Positions 1 to 9,481 of a DNA stretch of 64,000 nucleotides are shown here, one piece after another. The notes under the pieces are model-generated. The model did no database searches. It saw nothing but the letters and a program-made list of their open reading frames with translations, and was not told the DNA's origin. Made by a program: the position numbers and the translations under genes. Each line of letters starts with the position of its first letter. Position 1 is the stretch's first letter. Source of the DNA: Sedimenticola sp. (lineage in GTDB: Bacteria; Pseudomonadota; Gammaproteobacteria; Chromatiales; Chromatiaceae). The stretch is taken from positions 124,834-188,833 of the forward strand of contig JBEVXU010000001.1 of assembly GCA_040505895.1 (NCBI GenBank), given 5' to 3'.

Positions 1-961
1 CGCTACGCAGGGAGTCAAGCAGACCCTGTCCCGGGCTTTCGAACTGTCCCCGCTCTCGCTCAAGATCCGACTGGCTGACAAAAGAATTCCCCAGATCAAA
101 GTCAGCTTTGACCTCGGCGATAAGGGGATTATCTCCATTTTCTGCACAGGCAACATAGTAAAGCAGATTCTTCAACATGCCATTGGCAGGAGTTTCAGCT
201 ACCGTCAGCTCACCATGGTCGATGATCCTTTTTATCTCTTTGTCGACCCTCCCCAGCAAGAGCTTGGTGGCAACACCGATGTCGACCACCCCCTCCTCCA
301 TGGCAATGGCAACAGTTTTACCAACCGTAAATAACCGTTTAACCTGCTCGGTGCCGGACTCTGTTTCCAGCTGACCAAAAATCTCTGAAATACTCCGCAG
401 GCCACCCGCAGCATCACGATCTCTATAAAGATCCAGCAGAGCTTTGTGGTAAGGATGACGCAGCTTTCGCGCCAAACCGGAGAGAGATGGATTGGGCTTA
501 CCGCTAATTACGCCGGAGGCAAGATTGCGCTCCAGCTCAGGGGCGAAGAGAGTTACTTCAGAAAGTAATGGAGCATCCCTTACTGCACGCAGCTCATTGA
601 GTGTCGGCAGAAGGAATAGGGGCAGATCTCTGGCGCCAAACTCAAGCTTTTCCAGATAGCCTGGAAGTTGCACGAGCCCCAGCATTAATGCCTCGGCGGC
701 ATCGTCACGCTTTTGAACAGTCTTCTCTTGGAGCGCCCGGGCAACGAGCTCCATCTCTTCAGCCAGCATAGCGGCGCCAAAGAGTTGTACCAGACTCAAA
801 GTACCATAGACCTGGTGGAGCTTAGTGATGCAGCTATCGATCAGCTCACCATCACCGTCACTATCCATGTAACCTTCAAGGTCACGGCGAGCAGAATCAA
901 TGGCTGAGTCAAGCTCACCCTTGATCCACTTTAATATGCTGTTATCACGAACATTACTCAT
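1..961 (-). CDS. chpA: ChpA/PilL-type hybrid histidine kinase of the Pil-Chp system. Only the N-terminal Hpt part is present because the gene runs off the left edge.
   Basis: Absent from the ORF track because no stop codon lies inside the window. My translation of the minus strand from ATG 959-961 gives MSNVRDNSILKWIKGELDSAIDSARRDLEGYMD...CITKLHQVYGTLSLVQLFGAAMLAEEMELVARAL, open to position 1 and Hpt-like. It starts 36 nt downstream of pilJ. Confidence 0.8.
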   Translation of the reverse strand, partial: MSNVRDNSILKWIKGELDSAIDSARRDLEGYMDSDGDGELIDSCITKLHQVYGTLSLVQLFGAAMLAEEMELVARALQEKTVQKRDDAAEALMLGLVQLPGYLEKLEFGARDLPLFLLPTLNELRAVRDAPLLSEVTLFAPELERNLASGVISGKPNPSLSGLARKLRHPYHKALLDLYRDRDAAGGLRSISEIFGQLETESGTEQVKRLFTVGKTVAIAMEEGVVDIGVATKLLLGRVDKEIKRIIDHGELTVAETPANGMLKNLLYYVACAENGDNPLIAEVKADFDLGNSFVSQSDLERERGQFESPGQGLLDSLRS

Positions 962-997
962 ACCAGCTTTTCACATCCGCCAGAGGTTATCAGACGA

Positions 998-3040
998 TTA
1001 TTCAGGGAGGCGGAAGCCTTCCACTGAATTCTGAAGGTCATCAGCCATATCAGCCAACGCCCCAATAGACATGGCTGTCTGACTGGTACCGTCGGAGGTC
1101 TGGGTGGTGATCTCCTGGATAACACTCATAGTGTCATTTATCAGAGAGGCTTCATGAGACTGCTGCTGGGCCAAGTCGGACACCTGCATGACTCGCTCGG
1201 AGATCTGCTTCGATACGGTCTCAATCTCTTGCAGCGCTTCACCGGCATCCTCCGCCAGCTGAGCACCGGCGACCACCTCGGTAGTGGTAGCCTCCATTGA
1301 CCTCACCGCTTCGTTGGTATCCGCCTGAATGGTTTTAACCAGTGCTTCAATCTGCTTGGTGGCATTACCGGAGCGTTCAGCAAGTCGCTGCACCTCATCG
1401 GCAACCACCGCGAAACCGCGACCCGCCTCTCCGGCCATAGCCGCCTGCATGGCGGCGTTCAATGCCAGGATATTGGTTTGGTCCGCGATGTCATCAATCA
1501 GCTCAACGATGTCACCAATCTCCTGGGAGCTTTCACCAAGACGTTTGATTCGTTTTGATGTCTCCTGGATCTGCTCACGAATAGTATCCATGCCGTTGAT
1601 GGTCCGGCGCACGGTCTCGGCACCATTACCGGCGATCTCAAGCGAGTGCTGGGATACTTCAGCAGATTCCGTTGAGTTCTCCGACATCTGATCAATGGTG
1701 GTAGCCATCGATTTGATTGAGTCAGTAGCCGAGGTAATCTGCTCAGCCTGATGTTCACTCGCCTCCGCAAGGTGCATTGCCGTGGCACGACTCTCCTGGG
1801 CGGAAGATGATACCTGGGCGGAGATTTCGTTAATGGTCGTTACCAGGCTGCGCAACGCTTCAATAGCGTAGTTGATTGAGTCGGCGATAGCTCCCGTCAC
1901 ATCCTCGGTAACTGTGGCGGTCACTGTCAGGTCACCGTCGGCGAGATCACCCATCTCATCCAGCAGTCGCAGAATAGCTTCCTGGTTCTTCTCATTCTGG
2001 GTCTTACTCTCCTCCTCACGTCGTTTTGACTGAAGCAGCAGAGAGTAGCCGAGCAAGATAAGTAAAAGCACCGCAACAACTGCGAGTACTGCCAGCAGAG
2101 GAGTACCCACCCTGATGCCGGCAATTTGTATCAACCCCGGCTTATTACCATAGGCCTTAATCAGAACAGAGGTGGTATCCTTAACGGTGTCTGCCACAGA
2201 CGTTACTTGTATACCCGCCTCAAGTGCCGGCAGTACCGAAGGAACTGTCTCAATGATCTCACTGGCATGATCATTAATTGAACTAAAGAGCATTGCCACT
2301 TCACGCAGCAAGGCAACAGCCTGAAGGTCCTCTACCGGCTTAATTTCCAGAGATTCACTACCCTCAAGCATCGCCTCAAGCACACGGCCAAACTGGTCAG
2401 CATCTCGGCTGAACTGATCGATCGCCGAGGCAGTGGTCTGACCACCTGCCAATACCTTGGAAACGTTCTTATCGATTCGTTCCGCCAACATCAACTGACG
2501 CGACGCCGTAGCGACCTGACCCGGTGAGGCACCACTGTTTACCAGACTGGAGACCACCTCTTCTGAGAGCGCCTGCAGTTGAGGAACAAATTCAGTGATG
2601 ACATTGATAAACTCCTGCACGGAGAGAATCGGATCCTTATTTGAAAGCACGTCATCAGCTAGCTGGCGGAGCTCCAACCAACTGTTTTCAACCGTCCGCA
2701 ACTTCTTCTTCACCTCTGCTGGAGATGGAGGCAATCCCTGTGCGGGAACACCGCGCTTCAACTCATTTATGAGCCGCTCGAAGGAGTCACGAGACTCCCT
2801 AAGTCTGCCGAAAGCAGCCTGGTCACCACCTGCACCTGTTAGCGCGTACTCTGTAGTCTCCAGTGCAATCACCTGCATCGCACTGGCACGCACGAGATAG
2901 GACTCGTTGTTGGATGTCCACTTGCTAACATGAGCAAATGTCAACAAAGCCAGGATCAGCGAAACAAGCAATCCGACTGATAGGAATACAATAACTCGAT
3001 TGGACGCAAATCCCGTCCCCGTGGCAGACCTTTTTTTCAT
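998..3040 (-). CDS. pilJ: Methyl-accepting chemotaxis protein of the type IV pilus chemosensory system
   Basis: 680 aa with an N-terminal TM segment, a second TM segment, and a C-terminal MCP signalling domain ([40 protein letters not shown]). It sits in pilGHIJ order. Confidence 0.9.
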   Translation of the reverse strand: MKKRSATGTGFASNRVIVFLSVGLLVSLILALLTFAHVSKWTSNNESYLVRASAMQVIALETTEYALTGAGGDQAAFGRLRESRDSFERLINELKRGVPAQGLPPSPAEVKKKLRTVENSWLELRQLADDVLSNKDPILSVQEFINVITEFVPQLQALSEEVVSSLVNSGASPGQVATASRQLMLAERIDKNVSKVLAGGQTTASAIDQFSRDADQFGRVLEAMLEGSESLEIKPVEDLQAVALLREVAMLFSSINDHASEIIETVPSVLPALEAGIQVTSVADTVKDTTSVLIKAYGNKPGLIQIAGIRVGTPLLAVLAVVAVLLLILLGYSLLLQSKRREEESKTQNEKNQEAILRLLDEMGDLADGDLTVTATVTEDVTGAIADSINYAIEALRSLVTTINEISAQVSSSAQESRATAMHLAEASEHQAEQITSATDSIKSMATTIDQMSENSTESAEVSQHSLEIAGNGAETVRRTINGMDTIREQIQETSKRIKRLGESSQEIGDIVELIDDIADQTNILALNAAMQAAMAGEAGRGFAVVADEVQRLAERSGNATKQIEALVKTIQADTNEAVRSMEATTTEVVAGAQLAEDAGEALQEIETVSKQISERVMQVSDLAQQQSHEASLINDTMSVIQEITTQTSDGTSQTAMSIGALADMADDLQNSVEGFRLPE

Positions 3041-3124
3041 TTCCGTCTCTCTCCCGAAAGAGCTTATTGTCTTAAAACTCTATTTAATAGCCTATCGGCT
3101 ATCGTTTTACAATCGCCAAAACTT

Positions 3125-3670
3125 TTAAATGGCTGCAACCCGAAAATCCGAGTTCTCAGCCAGCATTCCCATACTGAATACAGACCAAACTGCACCCTCC
3201 AGTTTGTAGGCACGCTGTATATACTGCCTGACGCTATCCGGCAGTGCAGGCACCGGCGCCCCCTGTTCATCCGTCAGATGACGTATACCCCTAACATCAC
3301 CGACCAGTAGTCCTGTATATAACCCCTGATGATCAATTACCAGAACCCTGCTGCGCCGACCTATCTTTGTGGGTTCGCCACCCAAATAGAGCTGCAGGTC
3401 GATAAGTGGAAGGAGATTACCGCGAATATTAGCCACACCCAGCATCCAGGGCTTGGTACCCGGAACCGATGTCACGGCAGGAGGGTAGTTCAGGATCTCT
3501 TTAACTTCACTCAGGGGCGCTATTGAATGCATAGCGGAGGAGAGAAAAAGAACCCCCTCCCAAAATTGCTTAGCTTCAACCTGCTGGGGCAGTCCCGCAG
3601 CAAACCTGCGACTTCTACTCTCGATATCCCGAAGTAGTTTAATCGTCTCATCTGATGTCATTACGGCCAT
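3125..3670 (-). CDS. pilI: CheW-like coupling protein
   Basis: CheW-type sequence (GVANIRGNLLPLIDLQLYLGG...SRVLVI). I chose the internal start MAVMTSDE at 3670, which lies 7 nt after the pilH stop. The longer track ORF overlaps pilH. Confidence 0.85.
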   Translation of the reverse strand: MAVMTSDETIKLLRDIESRSRRFAAGLPQQVEAKQFWEGVLFLSSAMHSIAPLSEVKEILNYPPAVTSVPGTKPWMLGVANIRGNLLPLIDLQLYLGGEPTKIGRRSRVLVIDHQGLYTGLLVGDVRGIRHLTDEQGAPVPALPDSVRQYIQRAYKLEGAVWSVFSMGMLAENSDFRVAAI

Positions 3671-3677
3671 ACAGGAT

Positions 3678-4097
3678 TCAGCTTTCCAGAACACTCTTGA
3701 TTTTCTGCAGCAGGTCTGCTGCGGCGACGGGCTTGACCACATAGTCCTTTGCGCCTTGGCGCATTCCCCAGGCCCTATCTGTCTCCTGATCTTTCGTCGT
3801 CACTAGAATTACAGGAATATCAGCAGTCTCCGGTGCCCTCGTCAGCTGTCGTGTGGCCTGAAAACCGTTTAACCCGGGCATCACTACATCCATCAATATG
3901 ACATCGGGGTGTGTCTGTTTCGCCTCGGCAACACCACTCTCTCCGTCTTCTGCGGTAATCACCGAATACCCCCCCTTTTCGACAATTCCCTTGATGATAT
4001 GTGTCTCCGTAGGTGAATCATCAACCACGAGTACGGTTTTCTCGGTGCCTGGAACTCCCTCGGGAGCCGAGCTGTTTTTCTTGAAAAAGCTTCTCAT
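3678..4097 (-). CDS. pilH: CheY-like single-domain response regulator
   Basis: Receiver domain motifs VLVVDDSPTE and ILMDVVMPGLNG...VTTK. It sits between pilG and pilI. Confidence 0.9.
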   Translation of the reverse strand: MRSFFKKNSSAPEGVPGTEKTVLVVDDSPTETHIIKGIVEKGGYSVITAEDGESGVAEAKQTHPDVILMDVVMPGLNGFQATRQLTRAPETADIPVILVTTKDQETDRAWGMRQGAKDYVVKPVAAADLLQKIKSVLES

Positions 4098-4153
4098 AGT
4101 CTTTTTATTTATTACCGATTTCTGTTGTTATGCAGTATCTAACATCTCAGGAA

Positions 4154-4555
4154 TCATGCAGCCCGCTGTGCATATTTTCGAATAGCACCCAGTAGCTCAT
4201 CCTTGGTAAATGGCTTGGTCAGGTACTGTTCTGAGCCAACAATCCGCCCTTTTGCCCGATCGAAAAGTCCATCTTTGGATGAGAGCATGATCACCGGTGT
4301 TTTCTTAAATTCACTATTATTTTTTATCAGGGCGCATGTCTGATAGCCATCAAGGCGCGGCATCATGATATCGACAAAAATCACGTCAGGGTGGCTGTCT
4401 GCAATAATTGACAGCGCTTCGAAACCATCGGTAGCCGTCAGCACATCGCAGCCAGCTCGTTTCAACAGGCTTTCAGCGGTTCGACGAATCGTCTTGCTAT
4501 CATCGATCACCATCACCTTTAAAGCGGAGATACCGGTATCGAAGGTTTCACTCAT
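4154..4555 (-). CDS. pilG: CheY-like response regulator PilG
   Basis: LKVMVIDDSKTIRRTAESLLKRAGC...FVDIMMPRLDGYQTCALIKNN...MLSSKDGLFDRAKGRIVGSEQYLTKPF closely resembles PilG. The internal start MSETFD (4555) is preferred over the track start. Confidence 0.9.
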   Translation of the reverse strand: MSETFDTGISALKVMVIDDSKTIRRTAESLLKRAGCDVLTATDGFEALSIIADSHPDVIFVDIMMPRLDGYQTCALIKNNSEFKKTPVIMLSSKDGLFDRAKGRIVGSEQYLTKPFTKDELLGAIRKYAQRAA

Positions 4556-4613
4556 CACCTGACTTCCTCTATGTAGACTCTTTACAATAATCTTTTCCGC
4601 TGACAACGCCTGC

Positions 4614-5375
4614 TCAGCCCTGAGGTGTCACTGTCGTCAACCCAAACAGTTGCCAGATCTGCATTCCGCCGCGGTAGTAGTAAATCTTACTTGCAGGGTA
4701 TCCCGCCTTAAGCAGGCCTTTGATAGCGCGTGGAGACTGTCCGCAAGCCGGGCCATTACACCACAGAACCAGCTCCTTGGCGCTGGAAAAGTCCCAATCT
4801 TTGGTCTTGTTCTCACTATCTATGACGCCCCACTCCTCCATAGTGCTGGTGAAAGCACCGACATCACCACGCTTCTTGGCGCCAAAAGATTTCAAAACCG
4901 CAACCATTTCAGCCTCACTGTTTTTCTTACTCAAAATAGTGAAGGGAACACTGACAGACCCAGGGATAGTGCCTTTCTCAAACCAGCTGGTGGTCCTTGC
5001 GTCCACCAACATGCCGATACCATCCCGCAGCTGATTTTCCATAAATTCAAAAACTTCAATCTCACCCACTGTCTTAACTCTAGGGTCGACCGATATGTCC
5101 ACAATACAGAATGGCGGACACTTTCTGATGGTCTTTGCAAAATAGCCGCGTAACTGATAATCAGCATCCTGAACGCGCTGCACTTTGACTGAGCGACCCT
5201 CGTGCATTACGTGGAGATAGGGCTTATTTTTATAAAGCGGAACAACGGTGGAACCTCCCACCTTGACTTCACCCTCCTCCTCGGCAGCCATCACCACACC
5301 GTTGATGGCCAGCAGCAGAAAAGCTGTAATTAATGTCGGCACTTGAAAAAAACTCACGCTATTTACCTTTCTCAT
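4614..5375 (-). CDS. Secreted rhodanese-domain protein
   Basis: Signal-like N-terminus (MRKVNSVSFFQVPTLITAFLLLAINGVVMA). The C-terminal rhodanese-like module has the active-site-loop-like LVLWCNGPACGQSPRA and YYYRGGMQIWQ. Start M15 has a GGAG 11 nt upstream. Confidence 0.65.
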   Translation of the reverse strand: MRKVNSVSFFQVPTLITAFLLLAINGVVMAAEEEGEVKVGGSTVVPLYKNKPYLHVMHEGRSVKVQRVQDADYQLRGYFAKTIRKCPPFCIVDISVDPRVKTVGEIEVFEFMENQLRDGIGMLVDARTTSWFEKGTIPGSVSVPFTILSKKNSEAEMVAVLKSFGAKKRGDVGAFTSTMEEWGVIDSENKTKDWDFSSAKELVLWCNGPACGQSPRAIKGLLKAGYPASKIYYYRGGMQIWQLFGLTTVTPQG

Positions 5376-5495
5376 TACTGTTAGCACTCCAAAATTAACC
5401 CCACCGGCGGAGACCATAACTGAAGCAGGGCCCCTTGCACGGTCGCTTCAGCAACCGATCAAATAGTCATCCCACACCAGGGGAACACCCAGTCA

Positions 5496-5909
5496 TCAAC
5501 GCCGTTTCAAAAAACGATCCATTATCCTTTTACGTACTTCTGCATAGGGGGCGCCGCCAAGATATACCTCATAAATCTCTTCCTGGCTCCGAGGTTCCAG
5601 CTTCTTATAAAACACCCCACTACCGGTATATTTTTCCTTCAGGTATACACTAAACTCCTCCATCGACATCCCAGAGGTAAAGCCTAGACCTGCTTCCCGG
5701 GCCACCGTCGAACCACTGTCACGGGAAGGTTGACTCTGTCCAGTGCGTTTGCCTACCTTTTCCCCCTCCATATTGATCTCGCTGAGATAGTCATCCTCCT
5801 CAGCCGCAGATAGATTGAACGGAAGTAGACAACAGAACATCGCCAGACCGTATAGAGGAAATGCACACAGACACAGACGCCGTATTCTCCGGCGTATTCC
5901 GAAATTCAT
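5496..5909 (-). CDS. Hypothetical secreted protein
   Basis: 137-aa ORF with an Arg-rich N-terminus followed by a hydrophobic signal-like segment ending SAAEE. I recognise no domain. Confidence 0.4.
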   Translation of the reverse strand: MNFGIRRRIRRLCLCAFPLYGLAMFCCLLPFNLSAAEEDDYLSEINMEGEKVGKRTGQSQPSRDSGSTVAREAGLGFTSGMSMEEFSVYLKEKYTGSGVFYKKLEPRSQEEIYEVYLGGAPYAEVRKRIMDRFLKRR

Positions 5910-6269
5910 GGCAATAAAGCCTCCTTAATCTCACCCTAAAAACTTGATACTTCTGACCAACCCCGAAACGTTGGCCTTATAATTAAATTGTTATTGTGTG
6001 GTCCCTGCTGCAGGACTCTTAATGCTTTTTATTCGCCACAATCCCTAAAGATGATGGCTTGTGGAAAAACCACGGTCCAGAAAGTAACAAGTGAGATCGC
6101 ACACTGCAACTATAAATCACTCGCCTGTTGCTGGATATCGAGCACACACAATACATAATCCATTGATTTTTCAGGCGATTAAAAAATTGAGTGGAAAGGA
6201 GCGAAGTATCAATAAAAACCCCATCTGGGGAACAGGTCGCCGACAAATCTAAATAGCTCAGGTATCATA

Positions 6270-7223
6270 ATGCCCATGACTATCAGACTTGGTGTAGTGA
6301 TGGATCCTATCGGCTCCATCAACACAAAAAAAGACAGCACCTTCGCCATGCTTCTCGAAGCCCAGCGGCGAGGCTGGGAGCTGCACTACATGGAACAGGC
6401 AGACCTGTTTCTAAGCGACGAGACCCCATTCGCCGTTACGCGTGAACTGGAAGTAACAGACAACACCGGCAGCTGGTTCAGCTTGAAACCTGAAAAGGTG
6501 ACCGCACTCGAACAGCTCCATGTCATCCTGATGCGCAAAGACCCCCCTTTCGATATGGAGTATATCTATACCACCTATATTCTGGAGAGGGCGGAAGCCC
6601 AGGGCACACTGATAGTAAACCGGCCGGCAAGCCTGAGGGACTGCAATGAGAAGCTGTTTACCGCTTGGTTTCCCCAGTGCTGCACCCCGACACTGGTGAG
6701 CAGCCAACACCAGCGACTCAACGCCTTCCTCGAACAGCACAATGACATCATTCTAAAACCTCTGGGTGGAATGGGCGGCGCTTCAATTTTCCGTCTCCGT
6801 ACCGATGATGCCAACCGTAATGTCATCATTGAGACACTGACTGACAACGGCACCAAATATGCCATGGCACAAAAATTTGTTCCTGAGATCAGTGCCGGCG
6901 ATAAACGCATCCTTATGGTCGATGGCGAACCTGTTCCTTATGCCTTGGCACGTATTCCAAAAGAGGGGGAGACCCGTGGCAACTTGGCCGTCGGCGGGCG
7001 GGGAGAAGGGGTTGCGTTATCACAACGGGACCTGTGGATCGCCCAAGAAATAGGCCCTGCTCTGAAAGAACGAGGCATACTCTTTGCTGGGCTTGACGTT
7101 ATTGGTGACTACCTGACAGAGATCAATGTCACCAGTCCCACCTGTATCCGGGAGCTTGACAGCCTCTACCATCTCAATATCAGCGCGGACCTGATGGATA
7201 GCATCGAGCTAAAGCTGAAATGA
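6270..7223 (+). CDS. gshB: Glutathione synthetase
   Basis: LGVVMDPIGSINTKKDSTFAMLLEAQRRGWELHYME and an ATP-grasp C-terminal part. Near-colinear with E. coli GshB. Confidence 0.95.
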   Translation: MPMTIRLGVVMDPIGSINTKKDSTFAMLLEAQRRGWELHYMEQADLFLSDETPFAVTRELEVTDNTGSWFSLKPEKVTALEQLHVILMRKDPPFDMEYIYTTYILERAEAQGTLIVNRPASLRDCNEKLFTAWFPQCCTPTLVSSQHQRLNAFLEQHNDIILKPLGGMGGASIFRLRTDDANRNVIIETLTDNGTKYAMAQKFVPEISAGDKRILMVDGEPVPYALARIPKEGETRGNLAVGGRGEGVALSQRDLWIAQEIGPALKERGILFAGLDVIGDYLTEINVTSPTCIRELDSLYHLNISADLMDSIELKLK

Positions 7224-7287
7224 CAGGGTTACCGCCTCTAATACAGCCTCCAGGTGATAAGTCGGGATACACCACATCACTGAAGCA

Positions 7288-8217
7288 TTGCCTGAAAAAA
7301 ATAGTTTCCGTCTCAGGGCAGAGCGGATGAACGGCAGTACAACCGTCACCCCTGTTGATAGATTTGGCCTGACCCTATTTGTCGCCGTAGCGTTGCATGC
7401 AGTGGTTATCCTCGGTATCAGCTTCAGCCTGGATGAGCCGAAGCGTCCAGCCAACCCAGACCGCACCCTGGAGATCATGGTGCTACAACAGCCAAAGAAG
7501 ACAGAGGCTCCTAAAAAGGCTGATTACTTAGCACAGATCACTCATGCAGGCGGCGGAAACCAGGAGAAGAAGGCACGGCCAACAACGGTTGCTCCCTCAC
7601 CCAAACCCGCTCCAAAACAGCCCCCTGCACCGCAGAACCGCCCGGTAAAGCAACCTGCTCCAATTCCGCCAAAAAAGGTGAAAAAGGTACTTAGCCAAAA
7701 AAGCCCGGCAAAAAAGAGAGTGATCACCAAGCCAAAAACACCACCAAAAAAGCCTCTCAAGAAGAGAGTGACCGCCGCCCAATTACTGGCCAGCGCAAAT
7801 CCGGAAATCGCACGACTCACGGCTGAGATTGCACGCAAGGAGAGAGCGTATGCAAAGCGTCCTAGAAAAAAATTCATCAGCGCCCGCACTAAAGAGCACA
7901 AGTACGCCAGCTACCTGGACAGTTGGCGACGCAAGGTTGAAAGTGTCGGCAATCTCAACTACCCGGATGAAGCGAGACGAAAAAAACTTTATGGCAACCT
8001 TGTTCTAGAGGTCTCGATCCGCCAGGGAGGCGATGTCAGTGAGATTGCGGTCAGAAGATCTTCCGGGCATAAACTACTGGATGACGCAGCAATACGTATC
8101 GTCAAGCAGTCCGCCCCGTTCGCTCCCTTCCCTGCCGAGATCAGGGAGGAGACAGAGATCATCGTCATCACCCGCACCTGGCAGTTTCTTAAAAGTAACC
8201 GGCTCTTTGCAAAATAG
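7288..8217 (+). CDS. TonB-family energy transducer (TonB3-like position next to gshB)
   Basis: N-terminal TM segment, a Pro/Lys-rich spacer (PKPAPKQPPAPQNRPVKQPAPIPPKK) and a TonB C-terminal domain (YPDEARRKKLYGNLVLEVSI...GHKLLDDAAIRIVKQSAPFAPFP). The start may be the internal MNGSTT at 7327. Confidence 0.8.
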   Translation: MPEKNSFRLRAERMNGSTTVTPVDRFGLTLFVAVALHAVVILGISFSLDEPKRPANPDRTLEIMVLQQPKKTEAPKKADYLAQITHAGGGNQEKKARPTTVAPSPKPAPKQPPAPQNRPVKQPAPIPPKKVKKVLSQKSPAKKRVITKPKTPPKKPLKKRVTAAQLLASANPEIARLTAEIARKERAYAKRPRKKFISARTKEHKYASYLDSWRRKVESVGNLNYPDEARRKKLYGNLVLEVSIRQGGDVSEIAVRRSSGHKLLDDAAIRIVKQSAPFAPFPAEIREETEIIVITRTWQFLKSNRLFAK

Positions 8218-8259
8218 AGTAGGGTTGCGGTCACCCCGCTGGAGCCGGATACTAGCAGC

Positions 8260-8823
8260 ATGAACAACAGCATCGACCTCACCAACCATCTGCTTATCGC
8301 TATGCCCGGCCTGAATGATGAGAATTTCCGTCACACGGTCACTTATGTCTGTGAACACGATAACCAGGGTGCCATGGGAATCATCATTAACCGCCCGTCA
8401 GGACTACGTCTCGGTGACATCCTCGATCAACTCGATATCTCTGCCGACAGCGCCCAAAACATAGACCAGATCATATACACCGGTGGGCCGGTACAGAACG
8501 AGCGGGGTTTTGTACTGCACACAAACGACAGTAAGTGGGACTCAACCCTGCCGATCACTGCAGCCACCAGTATCACTACATCGCGTGATATTCTGGAGGC
8601 AATAGCTCACGGACAAGGGCCGGAGAAAAGTCTCATATCGCTCGGCTATGCGGGCTGGGCGGAGGGTCAACTGGAAGAGGAGCTCAGGTCAAATAGCTGG
8701 CTCAATGGCCCCGCAGAAGAACAGATCATCTTTGACCTGCCCAGTGACCATCGCTGGCAGGCCGCCGCCCTCGCGCTGGGTGTCGATATCAACCTCCTCT
8801 CCGGTGACGCAGGTCACGCCTAG
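8260..8823 (+). CDS. yqgE: YqgE/AlgH family protein (UPF0301)
   Basis: LLIAMPGLNDENFRHTVTYVCEHDNQGAMGIIINRP...GYAGWAEGQLEEEL, with the family-typical ...GHA C-terminus. Confidence 0.9.
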   Translation: MNNSIDLTNHLLIAMPGLNDENFRHTVTYVCEHDNQGAMGIIINRPSGLRLGDILDQLDISADSAQNIDQIIYTGGPVQNERGFVLHTNDSKWDSTLPITAATSITTSRDILEAIAHGQGPEKSLISLGYAGWAEGQLEEELRSNSWLNGPAEEQIIFDLPSDHRWQAAALALGVDINLLSGDAGHA

Positions 8824-8984
8824 GGAACCTCTGAATAAGTCATGATTGCTTTACGCTGGCTAAAACCGCCCCAATTTGCTCCGAAGATCGCAGCAATAGA
8901 GTGGCTATTACCGCTCACTTCTAAACAAATTGGAGCAATTTTATCTCAGCCTAAATCGAACCAGACTTATTCAGAGGCTCCCTA
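8821..8984. mobile_element. MITE-like element, family 1, copy A (inverted orientation relative to copies B and C)
   Basis: TA-flanked. Terminal inverted repeats are TAGGGAACCTCTGAATAAGTC ... GACTTATTCAGAGGCTCCCTA. It fills the whole yqgE-ruvX gap. Confidence 0.8.
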
Positions 8985-9383
8985 GTGAGTTGTCTACTGG
9001 GATTCGACTACGGCACAGCCAAGATCGGCATCGCCGTAGGCCAAACAGTGACGGCATCGGCAACCCCATTAACCACCCTACGGGCAGTCAATCAGAAGCC
9101 CGACTGGGAAGCCATCAGCCGGTTGATTGAAGAGTGGAAGCCGCGGGCACTGGTGGTAGGGCTGCCACTGGATTTGGATGACAGCGATGCCCAGGTAGCC
9201 GACAAAGCACGCCGCTTTGCCCGCCAGCTTGAAGGGCGCTACCGGCTGCCGGTACATATGGCTGATGAACGTCTCACCTCGATGGAAGCACGACGACACT
9301 TCGGCAAACCACCAAAGAACAGAGATGAACTGGATGCCGTGGCGGCTAAACTGATACTGGAAACCTGGCTGAGGAGACCATGA
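8985..9383 (+). CDS. ruvX: Holliday-junction-resolvase-like nuclease RuvX/YqgF
   Basis: The N-terminus LLGFDYGTAKIGIAVGQ is the YqgF signature. A GTG start is inferred, as there is no in-frame ATG nearby. Confidence 0.9.
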   Translation: MSCLLGFDYGTAKIGIAVGQTVTASATPLTTLRAVNQKPDWEAISRLIEEWKPRALVVGLPLDLDDSDAQVADKARRFARQLEGRYRLPVHMADERLTSMEARRHFGKPPKNRDELDAVAAKLILETWLRRP

Positions 9384-9481
9384 CCAGCACCAACACCCCT
9401 TTCCTCGGCTGGGAGTTTACCGGCCGGGTGACCCACACCCTGTTTGAAGGCAATATCGTCTATAAGCGAGACAACAACTGA
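9380..9481 (+). pseudogene. 33-codon ORF resembling the extreme C-terminus of a class I dihydroorotase (pyrC/pyrC' remnant)
   Basis: My translation is MTSTNTPFLGWEFTGRVTHTLFEGNIVYKRDNN. The pattern NTPF-G-x4-G-x-V-x2-T-x3-G-x-(I/V)VY is the usual dihydroorotase tail. There is an ATGA overlap with the ruvX stop and a TGATG overlap with the next start. Confidence 0.4.

Noticed and set aside
6019-6246. 75-aa ORF in the intergenic region upstream of gshB
   Set aside because: It lies in AT-rich promoter-type DNA between divergent genes, and it has no RBS or recognisable motif.
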